A stretch of DNA of 64,000 nucleotides, from the NCBI GenBank assembly GCA_002633005.1, contig NMRA01000157.1, positions 615,192 to 679,191 of the forward strand. The letters are read 5' to 3'. Both the position numbers and the translations under genes were made by a program. The stretch's first letter is position 1. Each line of letters begins with the position of its first letter. A model generated the notes under the pieces. That model was not told the origin of the DNA and did not search any database. It saw nothing but the letters and a program-made list of their open reading frames with translations. Origin of the DNA: Phoronis australis. Taxonomy: Eukaryota; Animalia; Phoronida. Below are positions 37,201 to 50,900 of this stretch, one piece after another.

Positions 37201-40200
37201 TTCTGAAAATGAAAGTACCATTAAACCTGTGCTTTCTGTCCAAATAAACGAATTTTGATTTAGACCATTGAAGTTTTTGTATGGGTCCAATGCATTCAGG
37301 GCTATCTACTGGCCACTTTCATGATACAAATAAACACTCCTAGAAGCACACCGTTTGTGGTGCAGTCGTGGGCACATTTCAAGGCTCTGCATTGCGCTTG
37401 TTATTCATTTTGGTTTTCAAGAGCACTGTTAGTTTGTTGGTGCTCAGCTTTACAAATCTCTATGGAATCTCTCTATGGAATCTTTGTGCAGAACGCTTTT
37501 TGTGGCTTACAAATGGATAGTGTATTTTGTTTGTGTAGCAGTTACACCAACAAGCTTTGAGTGGTCCTCATTCGTATTAACCTTTGTTTTAGCCCATTGA
37601 TGGTGAACACCATGAGATTATCTTCATTAGCTTTCAATGTTCATGATGGAATAATCAAAGATGAGAGTGAACTAAAAGAAGGCCAGAAGAAATATGTCGT
37701 CAAGTAAGTCACGCATAATTGATCATAAACCTTATTAAGTCACAAAGGAGTACGTGTGTCATTGTTTACCATCTACAAATGCGCTAATTACACCCATTCT
37801 GACTATATTTACTGTTTCACATGTCAAGAGTGGCAGTTCATACCATTGTGAAGCATGGTAAGCAATGGCAAAGCTGAGAAATTTAAATGTTTAATTCTGT
37901 GCTTTTTTTCTTGAGAAGTACTTTTGAAAAGATCTATTCGAGACTTATCAGTGTTTTTGTGATAGTTTAATTTTTCATTTTTTTGTTTGATCTTGAAATG
38001 ATCTTGGTTTATGTAATGTAGAGCTGGTATATAGCAACTGCATGGAAAGAAATGATGTTTGGCATAATGCAACTGTTTCAGGTTAGTGAAAACCTGTTAT
38101 GTTTTCAGGAAAATGCCGAGCTTTCTGGAGTTTTTCAGTTACGTGTTTGCATTCCAAGGCATAATGATTGGTCCCTTCTGTTTCTACAAGGACTACATTG
38201 AATTTGTGGAAGAAGCTGACTACAAATACAAGGGCGAGGTTCTCATTTTGATACTGCTTTCTGATTAAGTTTTTATGCGCCCACATATTTATATGTGGTT
38301 GCATATTGCCGTCATCTCTGTTTGGACGTCACAGGATCTTGATGAAATTTGGCAAATGTGTTCCTATGAAGCAGACAACGAATTTCAGACCGCTCCAACT
38401 ACCGGTGTGCCCCCTAGTGGCAATTTTAGTTTTTTACGCTTACCTCTGTATCTTTGGTGGTCCATAACGGATTTTCATAAAATTTGGGAGTTAGGCATCT
38501 ATTAGTGAGATCATGCCATCCTTTTGTTATCGGACAGATTCGAGGTATTTGCGCCACCTAGTGACAATTTTTGCTGTTTTCGAGTCTGTTTTTTGGCGTC
38601 CGCCTTTCTATCAGCCAAACCTCTCTAGGGATGATTTTGAAAATTGGCATAATTATTGTTCATACTGTGAAGAGGGCGGCTGACAATAATTTTCCGACAA
38701 CTTTGACTACTGTGGCGCCTCCTAGTGGCAGTTTTGTTTGTTTTTGCGCCTATGGCTGCATCTCCTAAACGCTCCACAGGATCTTTATTGAATTTTCCTG
38801 GTATATTTATATGAAGTTGACAACAGAGGATGACAACTTTCGGACAGATCGGACTACTGGTGTTCCCCCTAGTAGCAATTTTAGTTTTTTACGTTTACCT
38901 CTATCTTCAAAGGTCCTCAACGGATTTTCATAAAATTTGGCAGATAGGCATCTGTTAGTGAGCTGACGCCATCCTCTGGTTTTTGGTTTGTCTCGTGTTT
39001 CTCAGAAGTTCCTTGACGGATTTTTATGAAATTTGTTAAATAGATTTGATGACACATACCAGTTTTTGGGTGGATTGGATGTATTTTGCGTCATCTAGTG
39101 GCTATTTGTATGTTCCAAATAAACACCCCTAGAAGCACACCGTTTGTGGTGTATTCGTGGGCACATTTCAACGCTCTGCGTTGCTCTTGTTTTAGTTGTT
39201 GACTCCTTGTGCTCTTTTTGTTCCTAAATACAAAATGTGGTTTAAAGCACCTGAAAATATGATAATTGGTTGTGGGTTTGTTTGTTTTTGAAAATCGATG
39301 CGGTGCTGCAGTATTTTTTGTTTTCCTTATTTTTGAAAAGAGTAATGTCAAGGTAGCGAAAATGGGCCAGGGGAGTTCTTACTTTACCTCTGCTTTGCCA
39401 GGTGAGAGGCGCAGGTGTCAAAATGAGTAACTCACAGACCAGAACCAATTATACGCTATTTTTGGCCTAGTAGAGTAGAAACAAACCAATCTATCCTTCA
39501 GATGTTCATATCTTATTATTCTCCTCAGATGCATGCAGTTATATTAGTGCTTGTGGTCTCTGAGAATGTTTATCTCCGTCTATTAACATTTTATGTGCAT
39601 GATTACAGGTAGACAACAGAGCACGCTCTTGTCTGGTAAGTTTTTTCAATTGTTGCCTTCCGCATTGATCGCTCTCCCATGCCGTGAGGTGCAAAATAAC
39701 GGCTGCTCTCCAGATACGGCAGGCAGGTCAGCAGCCTCGCTTTCACTCGTATGGAGATTCACATGTTAGCATTTGTCGTCTGAACACTTTATACTTTATA
39801 TCATATTTAAATCATGCTGGTAGAGTATTATTGCTCTGCAATGGGCTCCAATGCCGATTCAGGGAAGTGGAATGTGCTGGATAAATATCCACTGATGCGG
39901 GATGACACATTTGACCCCTTCTTGATGGTGTTTAAGGACAAAAAAGGGAAGCCCATCGTGTGCACTGTGCCACCGTTGTACAATTAGTAAAATCTTACCT
40001 CATGGCCAAGAAGAGCGGTAGTGTTTCATCAGCTTCATATGTCATTCTGTTTGGCTGGGCCTGTGATATTTGTTGTACTTGCATCTGACCATGTACTAAG
40101 TCTAGGAATATATTCCTTTTTGTCCTACTAGTATTTAGCTTTGAACCTAAACCTGTCACTCCAAAATGTTTACATTAATTTAATATGTGCTTATCACTCA

Positions 40201-42848
40201 CCCTTTTATAGATCAAGTTTTAACTGTTGTTTACAAATGAGAGCCTCTTTTGTCAGCTATTGAACTTCTACCTTTGTGTGTGAGAGTTTGCGTGTGCGCC
40301 CGCGTGTGCGCCTGCGTGTGCATATGTGTGTGCAGTCCCATCTTTAAGGAAAGTATTCTGCCATTAAATATTATACAGGTAATAGTAATTTACTGGTAAT
40401 AATTATTTACTAATGATAATTTATTTTCCAGAGCTCAGTATTCAACAAGCTAATCATTGCCATAGTCAGCGGTGCTTGCATGTTGTTTGTCATGCCAATG
40501 GTACCTCATACTTTCTTTTATGGTAAATAAGACTATTGGTCAGTTCTATTCATAATGACATTAAGACTTATAGATTGACATGCTTTAATGTTAACTGTGA
40601 TTAGCATCTGGGATTTTTTAACCAGTTTAACATAAAACGTACTTGGCCAGAGAGTGTGAGGTGTTCACCAAGGAGTGTAGTGGCAGACGAACAGTTTCAA
40701 GTTCATGTATGTCATTTGGGATAATTGTAGTCAATCTTGAACAACAATTATGAAAGCAGGACAAGTGTTCTTGGTATTGTAGTTTATAACTAAGAATGTT
40801 TGTTTTTGCTGCAATGTAGCAACTTTGATAAAAATGTCGTATAGAGGTTAATATATAACACACTTCTGACGAATGGTCCCTGTGTAAATTCGTGGAGTAT
40901 GTTCTTCCAGATCCCGTGTTTGAGTCGTGGAATTTCTTCAAACGTCAAGGCTACATCCTGGTCTGTATATCACTCCTCCGGTCAAGATATTACTTTGCTT
41001 GGACATTAGGTGAGTTGAAGTAGTATCTGACGCAGCTAACAGTGTGCTTATTGTCTCACTGGGCTCTAATTAGATACAGCCTAGCCAGTCTACCTACTTC
41101 ACCAGCTAACAGTGTGCTTATTGTCTCACTGGGCTCTAATTAGATACAGCCTAGCCAGTCTACCTACTTCACCAGTTGCTCAGCCGTTGAAATACAATGC
41201 TCTTTTGAAAAAGTTGGTTCGTGAGAAAAGAAGAACCAAAACTGGTTTGTCACAGGGGAAGACTGGCAACCTTGAGGTACAGATTACAAAATTGTTTTAG
41301 AATAGAGTTGTTGAGATTTTTCCTTCTCCAAAATATCTCTAATGTCACAATGTTTAAAAACATTTCAGGTGAGATTGTTAACATTGTGTCGGGTCTAGGC
41401 TTCAATGGCTACGATGACAAAGGCAAGCCCAAGTGGGACCTTGTGGATAATAATGACATTGTGCAAGTAGAGGTAAAAATATGTTATGTGTTATTTACAT
41501 TACCAACAAATATATTGCACAAACATTAATGTGAAATTTGTAATGTCTGCTCTTAAAATTACTTTGAGAGGAGGGCTCTATGTTTGGAACATGAGTTTTT
41601 CTAACGAGCCCTGTTGCTGTAATTATGACTTGGTTTCTTGCTCAGGAGTTGGCTTTCTGCTTAGGAATTTCATCCATCCTAAGCAGTTGAGCTGTGTACT
41701 CAGGGTGGTCTATCAATATGATGTGTTATGATTGCTTCTTTCACTGTGCTTCTGTTACTCCATAGCTGAGCCTCTCCTTGAAAGAGAACATTGATGCGTG
41801 GAACAAGACCACAGCCTATTGGCTGCGCAGTTTGGTCTATGAGAGAGTGCCATTCGCACACACTTTGGCTGTCTTTGCCATGAGTTCCATCTGGCACGGT
41901 GTCTACCCTGGCTACTACCTTGCTTTCTTCAGCACAGCATTGTTTGTGTTCGCCGGTAGAAGGGTACGTGTGTGTCACTCTCTATAGCAAGTACAAGACA
42001 CAAGTGAAAATTTGGTTTGTCAAATTAGCCAAGAAAATGCAAGATCAACATTTAGAGGATTTTACTTCATTGTGAACATGGTCTATACTGTACAGGTTTC
42101 AGAAAACAAAACTTTGGCAATTATTTTTATAATTTTGATCAGGTAATGAGGTTTGGAGAATTAAAAACCTGCAATTTTGGGAATACATTATTTGTGTGAA
42201 ATTGAAGAGAGTTTACCTACCATATTTTTGCACATAACTTGTTCCGGTGATTAAAACATGCTTCAATTGCAAAATGGATTTTGTTGCAGGTGCGTCGAGT
42301 GATTCGCCCAAAGGTGCTCCCCTACCCTAAGTTAAAAATCCTCTACGATATTGCCACATTCACCTTCACACGGTTTGCCAATGTGAACATGGTGACTAGT
42401 TTCGTTTCCTATGAGTTGCTTGCCTGCATTAGAATTCACACGTAAGTCTAACATTGTGTTGATAAATGGAAACTGTGTGAAATGTTTTTAGCCCAATACT
42501 ATGAGAATTTGGTTGACAGATATACATTTGTTACTGATTAAGATACATCAGTAGATACAAGCAATTTTACCATAAAGTCCTACGGTAGTGAGGTCGTCTG
42601 TGTCATCTCTACTCCAGGTATGATTCCCCCCTCCCTACAGCATATATTTTGTACATTCATGAACATGCCAATAATTGTAAACTGGTGATACAAACAATCA
42701 TTATCCATTATGATATTGTTCCAGGTCTCTGTACTGGTGGCTTCATATCTTGTCAATCCTTGCCCTCTTATTGCTACCCAACACTAAAAGACCACAACCT
42801 ACAGTTTCCTCAGCACCAAAAGAATCTGAGGAAAAGAAAGCAGAGTAA
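31212..42848 (+). CDS. MBOAT2: Membrane-bound O-acyltransferase, MBOAT1/MBOAT2 (oysgedart-like) lysophospholipid acyltransferase, 12 coding exons, 477 aa
   Basis: Exons 31212-31295, 34215-34360, 36210-36377, 37593-37703, 38109-38238, 39609-39635, 40432-40522, 40911-41009, 41369-41472, 41766-41963, 42290-42441, 42725-42848 join in frame (1434 nt). Family motifs LPIDQ.NYFVCQL, GPLM...LAFNVHDG, YYFAWTL, GLGFNGYD..G.PKWDL, WNKTTAYWL, catalytic IWHGVYPGYY, C-terminal KKAE (KKxx ER retrieval). Probably co-orthologous to vertebrate MBOAT1 and MBOAT2. Confidence 0.93.
32268..32312. repeat. (ATAC/ATAT)n microsatellite
   Basis: Direct reading. Confidence 0.8.
32508..32939. mobile_element. IS3EU-type MITE in MBOAT intron 1
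   Basis: TIRs TATGGAAAGCCAAAG.G.AAAAA / TTTTTCCGCTTTGGCTTTCCATA and exact 6-bp TSD GTTGGC (32502-32507, 32940-32945). TAY..RTA ends with a 6-bp TSD are IS3EU hallmarks. Confidence 0.75.
38271..39200 (-). mobile_element. Reverse-orientation copy of the HINE-like repeat in MBOAT intron 5
   Basis: Hairpin CCACATATTTATATGTGG (38281-38298) and five subrepeats matching the reverse complement of 1-633. Confidence 0.7.
41033..41172. repeat. Perfect 70-bp tandem duplication in MBOAT intron 8
   Basis: CAGCTAACAGTGTGCTTATTG...CTACTTCAC repeated twice, identical. Confidence 0.9.
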
Positions 42849-44885
42849 TGTTCATCGAGTCCTTTGTCTTTTGTTGTATAATTTTGTTGAAAGCCGTGGC
42901 ATTCTCATTAAAAGTTAGTTTTTTATGTTCATTATTTTACATTTTCACCTAATGTGTTCTTTAAATGGGGCATTACTATGGTCATTTTTCATTACTCTTT
43001 TGAAATGCTGCTTTGTACACGTATAAGGAACCAATCAATTTGTTTTATCTGCTTTTGTCATGTAGAAATCCAACATTATCTAATTTAACTGATTTCACCA
43101 TGTACAGTTGGATGACCTTTGTTTAGTGTGTACTCATGGTATTTTTATGTTTATGGCTGACATGTGGTTTGCTTGCTGCTCTTTTCCTGCTTTTGAGAGC
43201 ATGAGCTAAGACTGTAGACAGATAGCACTTGCTGATTTGACCTTGAGTAGGGGTAAGAATAGTAGATCACTCAGCTATCAAGACAAATAGCACTACATGC
43301 TGTTACCGAATCTTGTTTGAAATTGCTGCAACTAACTGTGACATAATTTGCTGTTATTTTTTCCCCGATTGTAACTTGTAGTTTTTTAGGTTTTATAGTT
43401 ACAGTTTTATTCATTCAGGTATAGGCTGGTTAGTGATATGTGTTGCAGTGGATGTGTTGAACCTAAAAATTGAAGTGTTTGGAATTGTGTTAAAGCTCAT
43501 TTGCTATTTTTCGAGTGCATAAAATCTGCACTGTTCCTTGAAACAGTGGAAGAAGATGTAGATATTATATTGGACCAGCTGAATCATTTGCTATATAGGT
43601 CCAGCTGAGGAAACTAATACCTGTTTGTCAATCACAGGTCTTGACCACCTTCCCCCTTAAAACGTACGTTTTTTGCACTCATAAAATTTGCAAAAACTTT
43701 GTCCTTCAATGCCTGGCCAGTCCAGTTAGAAAGAATGGTGACAGAACTGAAACTTCATTAGTTTTATTTGGAGCTGTGGATACATTGCTGTTTGAATTTA
43801 GAGCAGCAGGGCCCACGCCCTCCAAAGTTTGCTCTAAATCGAATGGGAAATTATTTATATTTTTTTATACAACTTTGGCACAAACTCTTGATAAGTGTAT
43901 GTTTTTCTGCACCCAAATACTCCATAATGGTTGAGATGAGTATCTGGTCCACATTAGCACTTGATGACCCCTAAATTCGAGCTACAAACTTGAGCAAAAA
44001 TTTGATATTTCAAGTAAAAAGTCAAATTTTTTAGTCCAGGCTTTAACTCAGGGGTCAATAGGTGCCAACTAGGATTAGACGGTCATCTGTGTAAACCATA
44101 ATGCACTCAAGTATAGAATACTAGATGGTTGTCTTGAATGGAAACTCAAAAATACACTTTTAAGGATATTTTATTTCAAACTGAAATGCATTTGAATATG
44201 GATTTTATTACTTTGTGCATTAAACATTTATTTAACAATTTTTTCAGTGTGCATGGTTCTCTTGAAACACCAGTCACGTTGTTTTTATACCTTGAAACCC
44301 TACTCATGTTTTTTTCTTGTTTGCTGAAGCCGGATGGATATTGTTCTGCCTTACAGTTCGAGTTTGAGTTACGGTTGAATTTCACATTTTACACACTGGG
44401 TGATGGGTTATGCTGTTGTGGCACAACTTGGAATTCCAAGTACTTCAAAGTGTAGATCTCCAAATTTTCTTTTACTTTTGTTCGCTAATTACTGGGAAAT
44501 ATTATTTATATGATTAGAATTACCGGGTTACACTGTTTTATAGGAAAAATATTTATGTAGGTCAAAGTTTGCAGGTTTTATTACTCTGATGCTACAAAAT
44601 TTAAGAGCTTTCTAAAATGTTCTTCGTTGAAAGGATGAACATTCGCTACTCTTATCCTTTGTTTTCATACCTTTTTAACTTAGAATCCCCAGTTTTAGCA
44701 GTAATAATCTTGAGATTGCGCATAAAGTGAAGAGACTTTACAGAATTAAGTAACAATCGACCTAGTTCAGAGATTAAGATCAACACTAAAACTTGTCACA
44801 ACTCCTTTATTTATTTATCAAATCACTTTTGTGGCACGAGATGACATGCCAGAGCAAGTCACTCTCCTTTAGCATAAATGTATCC

Positions 44886-45377
44886 AGTGGACTACTCCTA
44901 CTTCTTGTGATGATGTAGTGGACTCCATCATCACAGTGGACTACTCCTACTTCTTGTGATGATGTAGTGGACTCCATCATCACAGTGGACTACTCCTACT
45001 TCTTGTGATGATGTAGTGGACTCCATCATCACAGTGGACTACTCCTACCACTTGTGATGATGTAGTGGACTCCATCATCACAGTGGACTACTCCTACCAC
45101 TTGTGATGATATAGTGGACTCCATCATCACAGTGGACTACTCCTACCACTTGTGATGATGTAGTGGACTCCATCATCACAGTGGACTACTCCTACCACTT
45201 GTGATGATATAGTGGACTCCATCATCACAGTGGACTACTCCTACCACTTGTGATGATGCAGTGGACTCCATCATCACAGTGGACTACTCCTACCACTTGT
45301 GATGATGCAGTGGACTCCATCATCACAGTGGACTACTCCTACCACTTGCGATGATGTAGTGGACTCCATTATCACAG
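44886..45377. repeat. Tandem array of ten 49-bp hairpin-forming units
   Basis: Unit AGTGGACTACTCCTAC(TT/CA)CTTGTGATGATGTAGTGGACTCCATCATCAC x10, with internal inverted repeat TGTGATGATG / CATCATCACA. Confidence 0.95.
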
Positions 45378-45777
45378 ATGTTTCACCTGCAACATTTAGG
45401 GGTAACTTATGAAAAGTACCCATCACTTAATTGGATTTAGGTACTGTGATTGGGAGACTGTGATGAAACATTACTAAATGTTAGGAAATCTTGACTTTTT
45501 TAGTGTTGCATTAGTACAACAATGACATAGCATTACTGAGTATTTAGCAGTATTAAATATTGGTAAAGTATGATTGTCTTAGATGTGGGTGTTTGCTCTA
45601 GAATAGACTTGGGGTTGAAATTACGTGAATCGTATCATTTGTGTTGTGTCATTGTTACTGTTAAAATAATATGTTAATAATAAAGTTATTGGAGGCTAAG
45701 TTGTTGCTGTATATTTTCATTTTTAAAGACCAGAAAAGTGAGATGTATATTAGACTTAGAGGAACTGTCCGGTTCAG

Positions 45778-46214
45778 TGCCCAGTTGCATGAAATAGTCC
45801 CAAATAGGGACTCGGCAGCTTCCTAAATCTTTTGCATATTTAGTGCCATTCGTTTCTCACAGATGTAACATTTTTCTATCATTTCACCTTAATCATGAGC
45901 TCCTCTTTTTTACCAATTGCATTTTCCAATAATGTAACTAAGTGTAACTGTAAGTGCTTAGTTTAATGAAAATATGAGGAATTAATTCTTAAATTAAGGA
46001 CGTTGCATGAAAAGATCCCTATTTATTTTCAATAATATCAAAAATTCAATGTAAAATTCAATCTTACTTTGTATCAAAGGCAAAAATTGACTTAGAAATA
46101 AAATTAAAACAGCACAAGAAAGGACAATCAATGTTTTAGAAAGTCTCCAAATATGCAGTAGATTTAGGCAATTTAATCGAGTCCCTATTAGGGATTGTTT
46201 CATGAAACCGGGCA
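45778..46214. mobile_element. Harbinger-like MITE
   Basis: Imperfect ~36-bp TIRs TGCCCAGTTGCATGAAATAGTCCCAAATAGGGACTCG / CGAGTCCCTATTAGGGATTGTTTCATGAAACCGGGCA, flanks CAG/CAA. Confidence 0.6.
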
Positions 46215-47902
46215 CAAGGTCATATTTCACCAAGTCTTTGAAAAAACCTACAATCCAGTTTAAATCTGTTTTACAGCCAAAAAAAAACATTTTTGAGAGT
46301 ATTGTTGGATGGAAGTTAGCTTTTGATTAGAGCTATATTACATCATCAATTGTCAGTGATGTCTGCCAGACATTTGCTGAAACCAAGGCTGGTGACTTTA
46401 ACAATTAAATATGTTTAAAATACTCCGTTTTTATCGAGTGGGATTCAGCTCCAACAGCAGGCTTGGGTGGTTGTTGCTTTGATTCCATGCCAAGGCTATT
46501 TCAGAAAATTACTATTTTCACCGATAACATCCCTATTTTCTATACCAGGATAAATTTTAAACATTTTTTATCTCAGACACATAAAAAGTTTCCAAAGGCA
46601 TAAACCAAACCCAAAATAGTATTAAGTCCTTTCTGGACATAACAAAGAAAACATCCACAGCATGCCATTTCTAGGATTAATATTAACATTTTTTCCTTCA
46701 CTTGTTGGGGACCCCTTGTGACATCCTAGGTTTCCAGATGAGATGGGTGCTCAGTGGCTCCAAATTCACATATTGTGGAAAGTAATTTCAGGGCCACATG
46801 ATATAGTTCTTCAGTTTACCTTTGCCAAAATTAGTAACCATCTCATGGGATAACAAAGGTAGCCATGTTGTATTGCTTCATATTCGACATACACAGTGCT
46901 GTAATACTTAAAATTTGTATTAATAAGTTACCTTAATTATAATATTCAGTTAAAAAGTCACTTAATTAATAAACTTTAACAAAACTGGTAGCATAGTATA
47001 CAAATAATAAATGTATAATGTAACAGAATTTAAGTAAATCTTTGTAATAACAATTAAGACAAATATTGTAGTAGCTGCCTCATGACAAATTGGTGAATTG
47101 TCTATCAGTGAAAACCTAATAATCTATCCTAATACATAGCAACACATGCTCAAAACAGGGCAATTCAAACTGACTACCAGATTTTTCTTCAGACATATCC
47201 AGTGGGTGAAATAAGGCAAATTTTCCACATATACACCAGAGTGTACATTTGGGAAAGAATGTGTGGTTGATCTTAAAACGTTCTTGTTTCATAGGAAAAG
47301 AACACAAGAAACACAACTTAGGTAAGCATTCAACAATGCACTACAACCTGAGCGAACAATCCTACATCAACAATGATGTGTATTAACTCTCTAGGTTTCT
47401 TTCAATTTGTGCACTAGGTATTGATACAGACAAATGTATAATCATCGCTTTCAGATATACCATAAACTGACTGAATGCAAAGTGCTTCTCTGCTGAAAAC
47501 TCCGGTATAACCCCACCTTCCATCACAAAAACAAGTTGTGATTTAGACTGCTTACAATTATGATGTTGGCTCATTTTGCTCCGCCTCAAATTTGAGGTGA
47601 AAGTTCATTACTGCTTGAGACCAGGCTCTACAAGTTTAGCTTGTGGCAGAATCCCCATCAAACCGGAGCCCGATCAACTTGGGTGGCGTGTTCCAGTTAA
47701 TGGCAGAAACATCCTGAGTAGACGTCATCTTGCTGATGATTGACAGGGAACAGAGGAACATCATCTGTTTAAAGTAACTCAGGACGGTAAGTTATCTAAA
47801 TCAAAAGTTCGCTTATGAATCACCTGCACTATAATGCTACTTTCCAACTTAACTAAGAGATATTTGGCCATGGGGACTGCACCTTTTTTCTAGTAGAAAG
47901 AG

Positions 47903-50900
47903 CTAAGGAGTATATTCACCAATAATTGTGTTTATTTTATGAGCAATGTCTCCATAAAACTGTCTTCGCACCGAGGTGAGCACCCCATCCATCTGGCTCT
48001 TATAGCAGCAAAAAAACTGATCAAAATCTGGAACCTCTTCTTCAGAGGCATTGGCCAGGTACTCTTCTGGTAGGGAGACTCGAATGGTGTCCAGGAGTGG
48101 CATTTTGGCGACGGCATGCCAGAAGATGTTGTTAGCCATACTAGGAGGAGTGAAGTAACTCTGAATGTTCCAATACATCAGACGTCTCAATCTGGAGCAT
48201 ACACGGGCTAACGCGGTAAAGTGCTCCTCACAAACACCACAGTTCTCCATCTCCAGGATCTCTATAGTGCTACTGACATTAGTCAGTAGCTCAATCAGTT
48301 GCTGCGGGAAATGTCGCGTGTTGTTATCACCGATATCCAACATGTTGAGCGTACTCATATGATGACATGTGCTCAAATATACGAAATCCAATTCGACGAG
48401 TTGACAACCAGCAATTTTCAGATACTCGAGTCCCACAGGCAAAGCACTGAGCAACACAGACAGTTTGCCCTTCATGTGGTTATTGCTAATATCCAGGCGC
48501 TTTAAGAGAGGTAAACAAGCGAATAGCTTTGACAGAACCAGACAGGCACTGGTGTTGTATGTCAACAACATGCCATTACAGGAGAGGTCAAGAGAGGTAA
48601 GATGGGTAAATCGCTCGATGTCTGGTGCCAGATGAATCACTCCCACACCCGTAAATGCGTTGTACTTCAGGCACAGCCCAGTCACATTCTGCAATAAAAC
48701 CCCACAGTCAATACTACAGGTACTAACAACATTTCAAATAGATCTGCTACATAATTTATGAACTGCACACAGAAACAGGAAATTGATAATGTTCATGGAA
48801 TATTTTTCAAAAACATAATACATTATTAAAAATATGGCCTTTATTTTACTGTATTTTACTGTGCTATCCTTACCATATTGTTAAAAGGCATCATTAATGT
48901 GCCAAATATCCAAGTTATTTGATACAACTTCAACATACTTCAATTAAGGGGGAAAATTTTAAAAACCACTTTCTGGCCTTTTGATGTTCAACATTTTTGG
49001 AAACTTAGAACAATTATTTCTCTTTAGCACACTAATCAATTTGCATGAAACTTATTTGAATACGTATGGTGGAGGGAAAACTGCTTTAAATTTTTGACTT
49101 ACGAAAAATATAGTTGAAGACATGGGACATTGTTTAAATCTGGATTTTGATGGATGAAATCTCACCTATTTTAGGATAAATCAAAATTCTGAAACCCCAT
49201 TCCCAGCATTTTTACATTAAGAATTTGTGGGTTAACACTAAGTTGAATGTCATTAAGGTTTTTAAAAAATTCATGTTCAAAACATTGTTCCCACAAAAAT
49301 GGCAGTCACATGAATATAAACAATTATGCAACATTTTAAGACATGCGCTCAGATTTTTCAGTCACTAAGCATTCAGAAAATTAGTTTTAAGAGTTTACTT
49401 TAAAAGACAATTAAACAGATATTTGAAACATTGTTCCATTAGCAAGCAGATAAATCAACGTCAAGTTATACTGTTACAACAGATTGACAGACATGTATAC
49501 AAAGAGAGAAATTTGTCAATATGCTTAGCAAAGAATCGGTAAAGCTGTTGAGATTTCAGAAATTGCCCTCGAAAACCCAGGAAATAATATTGGTTCCTAG
49601 CAACAATCAAGAGGCTACTTCTAAACATTGCACAATCACCTAGCAGGAAAGCCCTCATTAATCCCTAGTACTGCTTAAAAGTTTTAGCTAGTGTTGCATG
49701 TACGTAATGAATAGCTTTGACAGAAATTACTCTAACAAAAATGCAAGATGATAAAGATAACATATGGCAGCTACGCTCAGATGAATAACAATATTGTCAC
49801 ATTACTATATATGGCAGCTACTAATAAATGAATACTTACTTCAGCATTAGAATACTCCAACAACTCTCTTATAACCTGCTCACCCAGGCAAGACAGATCA
49901 AACTGATTGACTTGCAACCTGAATTGCGAGAGAGCTTGGCTAGATATCTGTAGCGCCTTCCACAGTTTATTACCAGATGATGTCGATTGCACACAAACGT
50001 CCAGCCTGATAACGTCTACAACAAAAGGTCACACTGCAGTATAACACATTACTATAATCAAATGTTTTCAAAATCTTGTTTTTCAAAAACAAAACTGCAA
50101 CACTGTTGTCTTACTAAGTAATTCTTTAACAACGTAAACACAAAAAGTTATCTTATTGTTTAAAACCTAAGCCTAAACCACAAACAATTTGGCTAACAGT
50201 AGTCAAAAATAACAGATAGTACAGCCAGCTATGATGGTATTTTTTCAATGGGTACAGTGCAACTGGTTATTGATAATGTATATGAGGGCCTTTCTCAATG
50301 GATTTATCTATTAAAGTGGAACTGTCCCACACTTCTTGATTTAAAAGGATATTATCAGTTTTAAGCAAAACAAATGTTTTTGGTATCATTGCTGTATAGT
50401 AGACTTCCTGAAGTTATTAGTTTTGACAAGAATTATGAAAGTTGTTGTGTTTTCGTGATTTTACTACAAACTGCGAACAATTATAGTCATTGTCTGCCAG
50501 ACATTCACTAAGGCTAGTGACATTGCCAAATAAATACACTTAAAATATTCTGCCATTTATCAAGTGAGGTTTAGCTCTGCCAACAGAGCATTAGACTGTG
50601 ACCGAAGAGGTTGAAAGTTTGATCCAGAATCTCACTTATTTCACTGGTAATGCCAATTCAACAATGAGAACAAATTTCAGTATTGATAGAATTTTTTTAA
50701 ACATTGGAATCACAAGTGTTACTGGTAACCATTACTGCAGAAACAGCCCAACTCAATTTTCAATTATTCAGTGGATAAAGCTAGCCTTGAATTTTTTACG
50801 ACCTGAGCCAAATGTTGGATCATGAATTAAAAAGAGAAACTGCAACACAAAGCTTACACGTATCATCAGGAAGGGTCTGATGAACTTGATAGTGTCGCTT

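Noticed and set aside
44886-45377. CRISPR-like array or C/D snoRNA cluster
   Set aside because: The intervening sequences are near-identical rather than unique spacers, there are no cas genes and the context is eukaryotic. A box C-like GTGATGA is present but there is no CTGA box D.
46360-50590. Similar ~100-bp segments at 46360-46460 and 50491-50588 as conserved regulatory elements
   Set aside because: More simply explained as diverged fragments of an old interspersed repeat. Boundaries and class could not be defined.
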